Virus record (IMG/VR): IMGVR_UViG_3300003320_000468
Span: 3,678-67,677 of that record
DNA from: a virus
Taxonomy: Duplodnaviria > Caudoviricetes
Length of the DNA stretch: 64,000 bases
Strand: one strand, 5' to 3'
Below the pieces are notes generated by a model. That model was not told the origin of the DNA. It saw only the letters and a list, made by a program, of their open reading frames with translations, and made no database searches. The position numbers and the translations under genes are program-made. Numbering within the stretch: the first letter of the stretch is position 1; the number at the start of each line of letters is the position of its first letter. Shown one piece after another: positions 18,269-26,738 of this stretch.

Positions 18269-19057
18269 ATGGCCTGGAGGCTTGCGAAGTCCCTCGTCGT
18301 CTTCCGCAACGAGCTCAACACCATCGCCCCGAACCGGTCCAAGCGAAGCGACGGCACGATCGGCGACGCCGCCCACGCCGCGTCCGACTCGGACCACAAC
18401 GAGAACGACGCCGGGGTGGTGTGCGCCTTCGACGGCACCCACGACCCCGCGGGCGGTGCCGACATGGCCGCCATCACCGAGTTCTTGCGGCGGAATCCGC
18501 CGCGCGCGCTGAAGTACATGATCTTCAATCGCCGCATCTGCTCTCGCAAGAACGGCTGGAAGTGGGTCGCCTACACAGGCTCGAACCCGCACGACAAGCA
18601 CGCCCACTTCTCCACCGGCGAAGGTCCCGACGGGCACTCGACCGGACCCTACGACGACCAGAGCCCGTGGGGGCTCCTCGACACCAACACCATCGATGGA
18701 GGCATCATGCTCCCCAAGCACGGCGATTCCGGCCCGGAGGTCGGCTACTGGCAGCGGATGCTCATCTCCGCTGGCGAGAAGCTCCCGAAGTACGGCGTCG
18801 ATGAGAAGTTCGGCGACGAGATGGCCGCGGCGATCCTCTCCTGGTACAAGCGCAACGGCGGTGACCCCGCGAAGTTCAACGGCAAGTCCGTGACCGCGTG
18901 GACCGCGAAGTCCCTCCAGGAGAAGGTGTTCGGCGGCCAGGTTACCGAAGCGCAGATCGCCGCCGCCGTCGCGGCCTACCTCAAGGCCAACCCGGTCAAG
19001 CTCCCGGAGAAGATGACCTTCGCGGGCGGTTCGCTGAACGGGATCAAGGCGGGCTAG
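18269..19057 (+). CDS. endolysin (N-terminal Zn-peptidase-like domain plus PG-binding-like domain)
   Basis: SDGTIGDAAH..SDH..AFD..HxH pattern; GDSGPEV..WQ..L..YGVDEKFG; GGAGG RBS. Confidence 0.8.
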   Translation: MAWRLAKSLVVFRNELNTIAPNRSKRSDGTIGDAAHAASDSDHNENDAGVVCAFDGTHDPAGGADMAAITEFLRRNPPRALKYMIFNRRICSRKNGWKWVAYTGSNPHDKHAHFSTGEGPDGHSTGPYDDQSPWGLLDTNTIDGGIMLPKHGDSGPEVGYWQRMLISAGEKLPKYGVDEKFGDEMAAAILSWYKRNGGDPAKFNGKSVTAWTAKSLQEKVFGGQVTEAQIAAAVAAYLKANPVKLPEKMTFAGGSLNGIKAG

Positions 19058-19060
19058 CGT

Positions 19061-19360
19061 GTGGCCGACCTCGGTCCCCTCGTCGGCGGCGGCGCCGCCG
19101 CTGGCGTCCTCGGCATCCTTGCCTACGTCATCGGCTGGCTCCTCAAGGCCATGCGCGACGACCGCAAGGAGTTCGGCAAGGAGATCGACGACGCCGAGCT
19201 TCGCGCAGACCGGGCCGAGCAGCGCGCCGAACGCCTCCAGGACCTGCTCGACAAGGCGAACGAGGAGCGCCGCAAGGCGCTCGATCTCGCCGCGGAGCAG
19301 GCGCGTGTGGCGGCCGCGCACGCTGCGGAGGCCGCGAGACTGCGGGAGCAGGGCCCATGA
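19061..19360 (+). CDS. lysis-associated membrane protein (TM plus coiled coil)
   Basis: N-terminal TM and heptad-rich C-terminus directly after endolysin. Confidence 0.6.
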   Translation: MADLGPLVGGGAAAGVLGILAYVIGWLLKAMRDDRKEFGKEIDDAELRADRAEQRAERLQDLLDKANEERRKALDLAAEQARVAAAHAAEAARLREQGP

Positions 19361-20052
19361 GCACTAGGGTGCCGCGCCGCCGCGTCGTCATCTCGCTCGC
19401 GGGGATCCTCCTTGCGGTCCTGACCGCGGCGTGGATGTTCATCGCCGACCAGCGGCAGGGCGCGCAGATCGATGCGCTTGCCGAGGCGCTCGCGGTCGAG
19501 CAGTCCGCGGCGGAGGAGCGCGGCGAGACGCCGGTGGCTCCGGCCCCGGACGAGCTGATCGAGGACCCGGACGTTGAGATCCCGCCGGGACCGTCTGGCC
19601 CGCCGGGGCCGGGCCCGTCGGACGCGCAGGTGTACGCCGCAGTCGCCGCGTACCTCTCCGATCACCCCGTCACCGCGGAGGGGCCCTCGGCCGCGGAGAT
19701 CGCCGCGGCGGTCGCGGAGTACCTTCGGGACTACCCGCCAGGGCCCACCCCCGAGCAGGTCGCGGTCGCGGTCGCGGCGTACCTGACCGAGCATCCGCCC
19801 GCCGCCGGGGCCGATGGGGCCGACGGCGCCGACGGGGCCCCGGGCCCGGCCGGGCCCACTGGTCCGCCGGGGCCGCAGGGTGAGGCGGGCCGGGCGCCGA
19901 CGGCCGAGGAGGTCGCCGGCGCGGTCGAGTCGTTCATGCGCGAGCACCCCCTCCCCCCGAGCTGCCCCGACGGTTACGCGTTCGAGGCCCGGACCCTGCT
20001 CACGCTCGACGGGCCGCCGGTCGAGGCCGTCATCTGCGTCGCCGAGGAGTAG
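19357..20052 (+). CDS. membrane-anchored collagen-like protein of the lysis cassette
   Basis: N-terminal TM, Gly-X-Y runs, four A(A)VAAYLxxHP-like repeats, C-terminal Cys pair. Confidence 0.65.
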   Translation: MSTRVPRRRVVISLAGILLAVLTAAWMFIADQRQGAQIDALAEALAVEQSAAEERGETPVAPAPDELIEDPDVEIPPGPSGPPGPGPSDAQVYAAVAAYLSDHPVTAEGPSAAEIAAAVAEYLRDYPPGPTPEQVAVAVAAYLTEHPPAAGADGADGADGAPGPAGPTGPPGPQGEAGRAPTAEEVAGAVESFMREHPLPPSCPDGYAFEARTLLTLDGPPVEAVICVAEE

Positions 20053-20053
20053 G

Positions 20054-20350
20054 TCACCACAGCTCCCACGGCCGGTACCCGGCCGCAGCGAGCCGCGGCG
20101 CGGCTTCGGCCATGACTGCCTCCGCGACCGCCCACGCGTCGTCTTTCGTCCAGTACAGCTCGGCTCGGTCGGGCCCGGACACGCTGTGCCGGTAGTGCCA
20201 CACCCACCAGCGGCCGTCATCGAGAGCGCCGATCTTCACGATCGCGTCGGCTAGCTTCCCCCACGTCCCGTACTCCCGTGACCACCAGTAGAGCGTCGTG
20301 CCCGGAACTGTGTGGTCGCGGATCAGTGCGTAGATCTCATCTTGCAACAC
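20054..20350 (-). CDS. Trp-rich hypothetical protein
   Basis: 98 aa ORF filling the gap between flanking genes. Confidence 0.45.
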   Translation of the reverse strand: MLQDEIYALIRDHTVPGTTLYWWSREYGTWGKLADAIVKIGALDDGRWWVWHYRHSVSGPDRAELYWTKDDAWAVAEAVMAEAAPRLAAAGYRPWELW

Positions 20351-20376
20351 GTGTACGAATTTACAAGGAGTCGATC

Positions 20377-20745
20377 ATGTCCCTGCCCGCCACCGACATC
20401 ACCCAGACCGACCTCGCGAACCGGGGCCACTCCCTCGTCCGCACCTACGTCCCGATCGGCGTCGGCTACGCCCTGACATGGCTCGCGGCCTACGGTTTCG
20501 GCGTCGACCCCGACACCCAGAACGCGCTCATCAACGGCCTCGCCACCCTCGGCGGCGCCCTCTGGTACGGCCTCCTCCGCCTCGTCGAGCCCCACCTCCC
20601 GACGTGGGTCCGGATCGTGGTGTTCTGGTCGGCGAAGATGCCGACCTACGCCTCCGCTGAGGCCACGGCCGCGCCGCCGCGCAGGCTCACCGACCCGGAG
20701 ACGGGCGAGGAGGTCCTCGCCTACCTGGTGACCAGCCTCAAGTAG
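20377..20745 (+). CDS. putative holin
   Basis: AAGGAG RBS; 2-3 TM segments (SLVRTYVPIGVG..GALWYGLLR). Confidence 0.65.
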   Translation: MSLPATDITQTDLANRGHSLVRTYVPIGVGYALTWLAAYGFGVDPDTQNALINGLATLGGALWYGLLRLVEPHLPTWVRIVVFWSAKMPTYASAEATAAPPRRLTDPETGEEVLAYLVTSLK

Positions 20746-20765
20746 ACCCGCCAGCGCAAGCAGAT

Positions 20766-20795
20766 GCCCCCGCCGCTCATGTGAGCGGCGGGGGC
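20766..20795 (+). terminator. stem-loop ending the late/lysis operon
   Basis: Perfect 14-bp inverted repeat GCCCCCGCCGCTCA/TGAGCGGCGGGGGC. Confidence 0.65.
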
Positions 20796-21054
20796 GTTGC
20801 GTCGCGCTTGGGAGCGAAGGCCCCGATGTGCTCGGCGCACCTCACGATGAGTCCTCCGACGCACCTGTACTAAATCTGGTCGGTTGAACTAACTCTCGAT
20901 TGCACTTCTGCAACACGGCTACCACCTGGGCGAATACAACCGATTGGGTGGTGTCTTTGTGCGTTTCGGTGGTAGCGCCGGAGGTGATACACCGGTACCG
21001 TGAAACATAAGAGGCAACACCCCTGCGCCACCGCTCAACGATGAGAGGAGCGAC

Positions 21055-21276
21055 TTGCCCGAACGGCCGAGACATCCGAAGAAGGAACTCGAAACCCTCA
21101 TCCAGTGGCTTGAAACGCACGGATGGCGGGTAAAGCGAGATAAGAGATACTATCGGGCGTTCTGTCCGTGCAAGCTACATCAGAAAACGATTCATATTTC
21201 CCCTTCTGACCCTAATTACGAACTGAATCTTCGAAAATGGTTCCTGAGACAACCCTGCTGGGAGGAGGCAACATGA
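21055..21276 (+). CDS. HicA-like small basic protein (putative toxin)
   Basis: 73 aa, RHPKKELE..GWRV..CPC..H..TIH; low GC; GAGGAG RBS with TTG start. Confidence 0.5.
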   Translation: MPERPRHPKKELETLIQWLETHGWRVKRDKRYYRAFCPCKLHQKTIHISPSDPNYELNLRKWFLRQPCWEEAT

Positions 21277-21605
21277 CCACCCGCTTCTACATCGACCTCG
21301 AAGTAATCGCCCGCGGTGCTTCAAGAGGTCAGATGGAAGACATGTTCGAACCCCTCGCCGACGCGCTCTTCGACCTGTCCGACGTCATCGACGCCGACCT
21401 GGGTATGGACACCGGGAAGCGAACGTTCGAGTTCTCCATGGCTGTCGACGCGGACACTGACCGGGACGCCCTCCAGGTCGCTCTGAATGCAGTACGCACC
21501 GCCCTGCACTGCGTCGGAGCGCACACCCCTGGGTGGGAGTCACTGTTCGAGATCATCCGCCGCACGGTATGGAATGAGCCGAGCGGCAACCTGCTGAACG
21601 TGTAA
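21273..21605 (+). CDS. acidic partner protein (putative HicB-like antitoxin)
   Basis: ATGA-coupled to the upstream gene; acidic; GGAGGAGG RBS. Confidence 0.45.
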   Translation: MTTRFYIDLEVIARGASRGQMEDMFEPLADALFDLSDVIDADLGMDTGKRTFEFSMAVDADTDRDALQVALNAVRTALHCVGAHTPGWESLFEIIRRTVWNEPSGNLLNV

Positions 21606-21620
21606 GGTCGCTACAACTTC

Positions 21621-21645
21621 GCGCCCCGCCTTCGTGGCGGGGCGC
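21621..21645. terminator. stem-loop between convergent operons
   Basis: GCGCCCCGCC-TTCGT-GGCGGGGCGC. Confidence 0.65.
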
Positions 21646-21746
21646 TTCGTCGTGTCTGAGGCCGGGCCGCCCTGGTGGTAACTGGCCCCCCGGCGGCCCG
21701 GCCCCGTGAGCCTACGGCCGCGGGCGGTGCGGGCGCCATGGCCCGA

Positions 21747-22130
21747 TCAGGCGCCGCTCTCGTCCGTGCGGGGGACGGCGTAGGCGATGCGGGCGCCGGT
21801 GCGGTCCGCCGCTCTCCATGCCGCAGCCCGGTACCACGCCGCAGAGAGCCTGCGGTCGCCGTACGCGGCCAGCTCGTCGGGGAGCGAGGCCTTCCCGTCC
21901 GGGTAGACGGTGATGGTCGACCCGGCGGGGTGTGCCTCGGCGAGCTGGTCGACCAGGCGGTCGGTGAACGCAACCAGGTCATTCAGCGCGTCCGCCGCGG
22001 CCCGGGTGACGGCGGAATCGCCGCTCTCCCAGCGGTGGACGTTCCGCTCATGCCAGCCGATGGCGAGCGCGAGGTCCCGGACGGTCATCCCCAGTGACTC
22101 CCGCAGACACCGCAGCTCGGCGGTGGTCAT
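21747..22130 (-). CDS. HTH DNA-binding protein (DUF1870/XRE-like)
   Basis: MTTAELRCLRESLGMT..LA..IGW..RNVHRWE. Confidence 0.7.
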   Translation of the reverse strand: MTTAELRCLRESLGMTVRDLALAIGWHERNVHRWESGDSAVTRAAADALNDLVAFTDRLVDQLAEAHPAGSTITVYPDGKASLPDELAAYGDRRLSAAWYRAAAWRAADRTGARIAYAVPRTDESGA

Positions 22131-22210
22131 CAGCAGCGGGTGTTCCACGGTGGCCTTCCGGTATGTAGGTGGGGCGGTTGGGATCACGATAGCTGGTCCC
22201 GCGGGCCATG

Positions 22211-24187
22211 TCAGCCCCTGCACTGGGGGTGCCCGCAGTTCGCCTCGAAACCGACGGCGTGGTAATGGCCGGTGCCGACGCGCACGGCGGTACCGTCGGC
22301 GACGAACTGCCGCAGCCGCTGCTCGACGAGGGATGTGGAGACCTCGATCTGGTAGTGGGCGGCGTGCGGGATGATCTCGGCGGTCCGCCACGCCCCGGCG
22401 CGGAGCGCGAGGAGCACGGCCTGGGTTTTCTCGGGGTACTCCTCGGCCGGGGCTTCCTCGTCGGGGCCGCCGAGACGCAGCGACGGCAGCGCATCAACGG
22501 CGGTCTTCTTGGCGTCCTTCTTCGCGGCCTGGTCGAACTCGTCGAGGCCCGCGGGGTCCATCTGGCCGCTGCCCGCCGCAGTGCAGGCGGCGAGGAACGC
22601 CTCGTCGTTCTCGTCGGCCTCGGCGCGATCCTGGTCGCGACGGGCGAATGCGGCACCGAGCGCACCAACCTCCTCGACGGGGAGGTCGGCGAATTCGCAG
22701 GTCGCTTCGAGGTGTTCGAGCCATGCCAGACCTGGATTCATGCCGTCGAAGTCGTCTTCGTGCCCGAGCCAGAACGCCCTGATGGGGGCGGCGCGGGTGA
22801 TCAACTTGCCCTTGACGCGCAGCTCCTTCACGTACCCGAACCCGGGGGTGCCGGAGGGGAGGGTACTCGGGTCGAACTCGTTGTTGCCGGACAGGCGGCC
22901 CTGCTGCTTGGACGAGGAGTAGAAGTAGACGACGTTGCGGGACATGAACTGCGCCCGCAGGTCGTTGTTACCGCCGAATGCGGGAAGGCCGACATTCTGG
23001 GTGCCGACGAGGAAGATCCCGCCGACCTTCCGGAGGGTCTTGACCATGTCCACCAGGGTCTTCTGGTCCTCCGGCGAGAGCCCGTTGATGATCTCGTGGA
23101 CCTCGTCCATGAACAGCACGAGCACAGGGTGCTTCTTGGAAAGCTTGTAGCCGTTGCGGCCCATCTTCCGGAACGTGATCTGGCGCAGGCGCCGCCAGCG
23201 CGGGAGCGAGCGGACGAGCTCGGCGGCCTCCTGCACGGAGCGGGCGGTCCACTTGCTGGCTTTCGCGAGTGCCGGGGAGGACATGCCGCCTTGCGGGTCG
23301 ACGTACAGGCCCACGAAGTACCCGGATGCGAGGAGGGAGAGCCCGACCTGTTCCATGCACGCGGATTTGCCGGTGCCGACGTCCCCGGAGAACAGGACCC
23401 CGAACGCGCCGTTGTCGTCGACGACCGACAGGGAGGCGGGGGCGCGGTCGGCGTCGTAGAGCCCGAACGTCACCAGCCCGGTCTCGGGGTCGAAGCTGGG
23501 CCCGGGGTACATGGCCGGGGGGCGTTCGGCGGCGCCGGTGATGACGGTGAGCTTCCCGGAGGCGGCGGTGCGTCCGCGGGTGATGGTGATGTTCTCCTCG
23601 GGGACGTCGAGCGCGGAGGCGATCTGCGCTTTCTGGGCGGTGAGCTGGCTGTAGGTGTGCTTGCCGCGGACGAAGAGGACGTTGAAGTCGTGGACGAGCC
23701 CGTTGGTTCTGACGAGCGCGAGGACGGTGCCTTTGAGGGGCCCGTCGGCGGCGACGTACTCGGTCCAGTCGTCGAGTACCGCGGCCGCCGCAGCGAGCGA
23801 GGCGCCGCTGTCCTCCTCGGTCTCCTCTTCTGCGATGGTGGTCCGGGTGCGCTGCCAGGCGGGCCAGAACGCGCCGATGGCGGTGGCCCAGACGGCGGTG
23901 AGGAGCCACGACCACCCGAGGACGGCGAACAGCCCAGCCCAGACGGCGGCGGTGGCGACAGCGGCGAGCGCGGGGCGGCGCCCGGCCGCGGTGCGGGAGC
24001 GGATGACGAGGGCCGCGACACCGGCGGCGAGGCCGATGGCGATGAACGCTGGGAAGTGCCCAGCGGCGGATTGGAGTCCCCACAGCGGGAACGCCGCGGC
24101 GTAGACGGCGATACCCGTCTTGAGCGGGAGCCCACGCCCGGGCGGCGCGGGTGTGGCCTGGTCGGGCCGGGTCAGGGTGTCGGTCAC
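22211..24187 (-). CDS. TraB-like FtsK/SpoIIIE DNA translocase
   Basis: N-terminal TM helices, Walker A GDVGTGKS, Walker B VLFMDE, GTQ motif, C-terminal winged-helix-like domain. Confidence 0.8.
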   Translation of the reverse strand: MTDTLTRPDQATPAPPGRGLPLKTGIAVYAAAFPLWGLQSAAGHFPAFIAIGLAAGVAALVIRSRTAAGRRPALAAVATAAVWAGLFAVLGWSWLLTAVWATAIGAFWPAWQRTRTTIAEEETEEDSGASLAAAAAVLDDWTEYVAADGPLKGTVLALVRTNGLVHDFNVLFVRGKHTYSQLTAQKAQIASALDVPEENITITRGRTAASGKLTVITGAAERPPAMYPGPSFDPETGLVTFGLYDADRAPASLSVVDDNGAFGVLFSGDVGTGKSACMEQVGLSLLASGYFVGLYVDPQGGMSSPALAKASKWTARSVQEAAELVRSLPRWRRLRQITFRKMGRNGYKLSKKHPVLVLFMDEVHEIINGLSPEDQKTLVDMVKTLRKVGGIFLVGTQNVGLPAFGGNNDLRAQFMSRNVVYFYSSSKQQGRLSGNNEFDPSTLPSGTPGFGYVKELRVKGKLITRAAPIRAFWLGHEDDFDGMNPGLAWLEHLEATCEFADLPVEEVGALGAAFARRDQDRAEADENDEAFLAACTAAGSGQMDPAGLDEFDQAAKKDAKKTAVDALPSLRLGGPDEEAPAEEYPEKTQAVLLALRAGAWRTAEIIPHAAHYQIEVSTSLVEQRLRQFVADGTAVRVGTGHYHAVGFEANCGHPQCRG

Positions 24188-24210
24188 GTCCGCTCCTCGG
24201 GCTAGGGGTC

Positions 24211-24236
24211 GGGGCGGCCGGTCACCCGGCCGCCCC
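24211..24236. other. intergenic stem-loop upstream of traB-like gene
   Basis: GGGGCGGCCGG-TCAC-CCGGCCGCCCC, 11-bp perfect stem. Confidence 0.55.
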
Positions 24237-24247
24237 TGTCAGTGGGT

Positions 24248-25282
24248 TTACTGGGCGTTGTCGGAGTACTCGTCGCGCGCGAGGTTCTCGCGGCCGACGC
24301 CGTCGCGGGTGTCCTTGACGACCAGCTGCGCGTCGTGCGCGGCGAGGATCGCGGCCAGGTGCGTCTGGGCGGCGGCGGACTGGTCGGTGAGGGCCGCGGC
24401 GGCGATGTCGTGCGCTTCGGAGAGCGTGACGAGGGTGTCGACGATGGTGGACTGGATCTCGGCGAGCGCGCCGGCGGCCGCGGCGGCCGCGGGCATGTCG
24501 AGGCGGCGCATGTCGGCGGCGGCGGTCTCGGTGGCGTTGATGTTGGACCGGACCTCGTTGATCCGTTCGCCGATCTCGCCGGCGCGGGCGGTGAGGGTGT
24601 CCGCCATGGCGGCGGCGGTGTCCATGACGGTCTTGAGCTGGTCGTGGAAGGTCTTGACGGCGGCGGGGCCGGTGATCTCTCCGGTGGTCATGGTGAGGTT
24701 CTCCTTGGTGTCGGTGTTGTCGGTCGGTGCGTATGGGGACCAGGGCTCAGCCCGGACCCACGGGTCGGGGATCGTGTCGGGGACGCTGGTGTCGTCCATG
24801 AGGTCCGCGTTCGAGTCGAAGTGGTCGTCGACGGTGGGGACGGGCTCGGGGAGGACCGAGGGCGGCTCGGCGAGCGGCTCCTCCGCAGGCGCCTCCCACG
24901 GCACCGGTCGCCCGTTCTCGCCGCGCGGCGGGAACAGCGGCGGCATCGTGTCGGGGTCGATGCCCTGGTCGATCAGCCCGAGCCGGTATTCGTGCTCCTT
25001 GCGGGCGCGGGCGACGTCCTCGTCGGTCGCGAGGCCCGCGAGCTTGAGGGCCTTCGTGCGGGCCAGGTGCTTGCGGGCGGCGCGCGCGTCGGCGGCGGTG
25101 AGCAGCCCGGAGGCTTTGACGGCGTGGTGGTGGTCGGCAAGGGCCTGCCACCGGTCGTCGAGGTAGCCGCGCAGGCCGCGGCGCTCAGACCGGGGCTCCT
25201 GTCCGCGGCCTGCGCGGACGGCGTCTTCGACGGCGCCGGCCAGCACCCAGGCGATGGCGCCGACGACGAGCAAAGTGACCAT
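24248..25282 (-). CDS. membrane-anchored transfer/spread-associated protein with internal start at 24691
   Basis: N-terminal hydrophobic helix, Pro-rich linker, in-frame AAGGAG-N9-ATG, Ala-rich helical C-terminus. Confidence 0.65.
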   Translation of the reverse strand: MVTLLVVGAIAWVLAGAVEDAVRAGRGQEPRSERRGLRGYLDDRWQALADHHHAVKASGLLTAADARAARKHLARTKALKLAGLATDEDVARARKEHEYRLGLIDQGIDPDTMPPLFPPRGENGRPVPWEAPAEEPLAEPPSVLPEPVPTVDDHFDSNADLMDDTSVPDTIPDPWVRAEPWSPYAPTDNTDTKENLTMTTGEITGPAAVKTFHDQLKTVMDTAAAMADTLTARAGEIGERINEVRSNINATETAAADMRRLDMPAAAAAAGALAEIQSTIVDTLVTLSEAHDIAAAALTDQSAAAQTHLAAILAAHDAQLVVKDTRDGVGRENLARDEYSDNAQ

Positions 25283-25308
25283 GGTGTTCTCCTTTCAGAT
25301 TGGGTCGG

Positions 25309-25845
25309 TTAGGAACTGGCGTCGGCGGTCTCGCGCTTGCCGCCCTTCTTGGTGCGGAACTTGACGTTGATGAACCACATCGCGACGAACACCGTGCAGA
25401 GGCTGAACAGCGAGATCGAGCCGAGCGCGATGTTCAGCAGCGGGTAGACCAGGACCGAGACGATCCACATGAGCAGGTGCCCGCTGGGCTTCCCGGAGTT
25501 CGGCTCCAGGCCGCCGGGGGCGATGTAGTCGGCGAGGAGGAACACCGCGGCAACGGCGACGGCGAGGACTCCGACGCCGCCCAGCGCCCAGTTGGCTCCT
25601 TCGGTCACCCGCTCCAGGAGCCAGGCGCGGCCGTCGTTGAACCAGTCGGCGACGGTCCCGGTGAACGACGTGGCGCCGTAGCCGACGGCGGTGAGTGCGA
25701 GGCACTGGACCTTCGGGGCGTACTTGAGGGTCGCGTGAACGAACTTGCCTCTGTCCCGCCACGGGAGGATGAGCCCGTAGACGACGAAGATCGCGAGCGC
25801 GATGCCCAGGACGGTCAGGTTGAGGTGTCCGGTGATGATGTCCAT
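25309..25845 (-). CDS. multi-TM membrane protein (Spd-like)
   Basis: 178 aa, about 4-5 TM segments, basic tail; AAGGA RBS. Confidence 0.65.
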   Translation of the reverse strand: MDIITGHLNLTVLGIALAIFVVYGLILPWRDRGKFVHATLKYAPKVQCLALTAVGYGATSFTGTVADWFNDGRAWLLERVTEGANWALGGVGVLAVAVAAVFLLADYIAPGGLEPNSGKPSGHLLMWIVSVLVYPLLNIALGSISLFSLCTVFVAMWFINVKFRTKKGGKRETADASS

Positions 25846-25856
25846 GGACGGTGTCC

Positions 25857-26738
25857 TTACTCGGTGGCTTTGATGACGGCGGGGATGACGATGACGGTGG
25901 ACACCCAGTAGCCCAGGACCGTCCACCAGGCGAGCGTGGACGCGTCCACGGGACCGGTCAGGGCGGCGAGCGTCCACAGGAGCGCGGTCGCGGACGTCCC
26001 GACAAGCCGCCACTTGGTGTGTCCGGTGCGGTCGAGGACGCGGGCGGCGATGGACAGGGGGACGCCGACGCCGCAGACGAGCGCGATCTCGGTGGCCCGG
26101 TCGAACCCGGTGCGGGCGGCGACGGAGTCCCATGCGGCGTGGTAGACCGCGCGCACCGGCGCGAGCGGCTGGTCGACGATCTCGTAGACGTTGAGCCAGG
26201 CGACGGCGCGCCGCCAACTCCACACTTGGGCCGCCGCCGCGGGTGTGGAGTGTGGCGTTTCGGGGGCCTCGGTACGGTCCTGACCTGCATCCGCCGCTCC
26301 CGCAGGGGCGTTCTCCGGGTGTGGAGTGCGGAGTGTGGAGTCGGGCTCCACGACGGCCTCCGGCGGCGCCTGCGGGGCGCTCACGGGCTCCGGCGCGGGA
26401 GCCGCAGGGACCTCAACGGGCGCCGCGGGTTCGACGGCGGCAGGGGCCTCCGGCTCGGGTTCGGGTGCCGGGGCGGGCTCGGCTGCGGTCGGTGCCATGA
26501 ACGCGAGCACCTCGTCCACGGCGGCGTCGAATCCGTCCGCGTCCACTGCACCGTCCGGGCCCGCGTCCGCCGTCGAGGTGTCCTCCTGGGGCTCGTCCGC
26601 GTGTCCGCGTCCGCCCTCGATGACGACCGGACGCCACCCGGCCGCGTCCGCGTGGACGGCGGACGGGCGCGCGTCCGCGTACGGCGTCCAGAACCCGTCC
26701 ATGTCCGCATCCCGCTGCGGTGTCCTGTCCTGCGTCAC
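25857..26738 (-). CDS. Pro/Ala/acidic protein with C-terminal TM segments (Spd-like)
   Basis: Repetitive N-terminal half, hydrophobic C-terminus; AAGGAG RBS. Confidence 0.6.
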   Translation of the reverse strand: MTQDRTPQRDADMDGFWTPYADARPSAVHADAAGWRPVVIEGGRGHADEPQEDTSTADAGPDGAVDADGFDAAVDEVLAFMAPTAAEPAPAPEPEPEAPAAVEPAAPVEVPAAPAPEPVSAPQAPPEAVVEPDSTLRTPHPENAPAGAADAGQDRTEAPETPHSTPAAAAQVWSWRRAVAWLNVYEIVDQPLAPVRAVYHAAWDSVAARTGFDRATEIALVCGVGVPLSIAARVLDRTGHTKWRLVGTSATALLWTLAALTGPVDASTLAWWTVLGYWVSTVIVIPAVIKATE

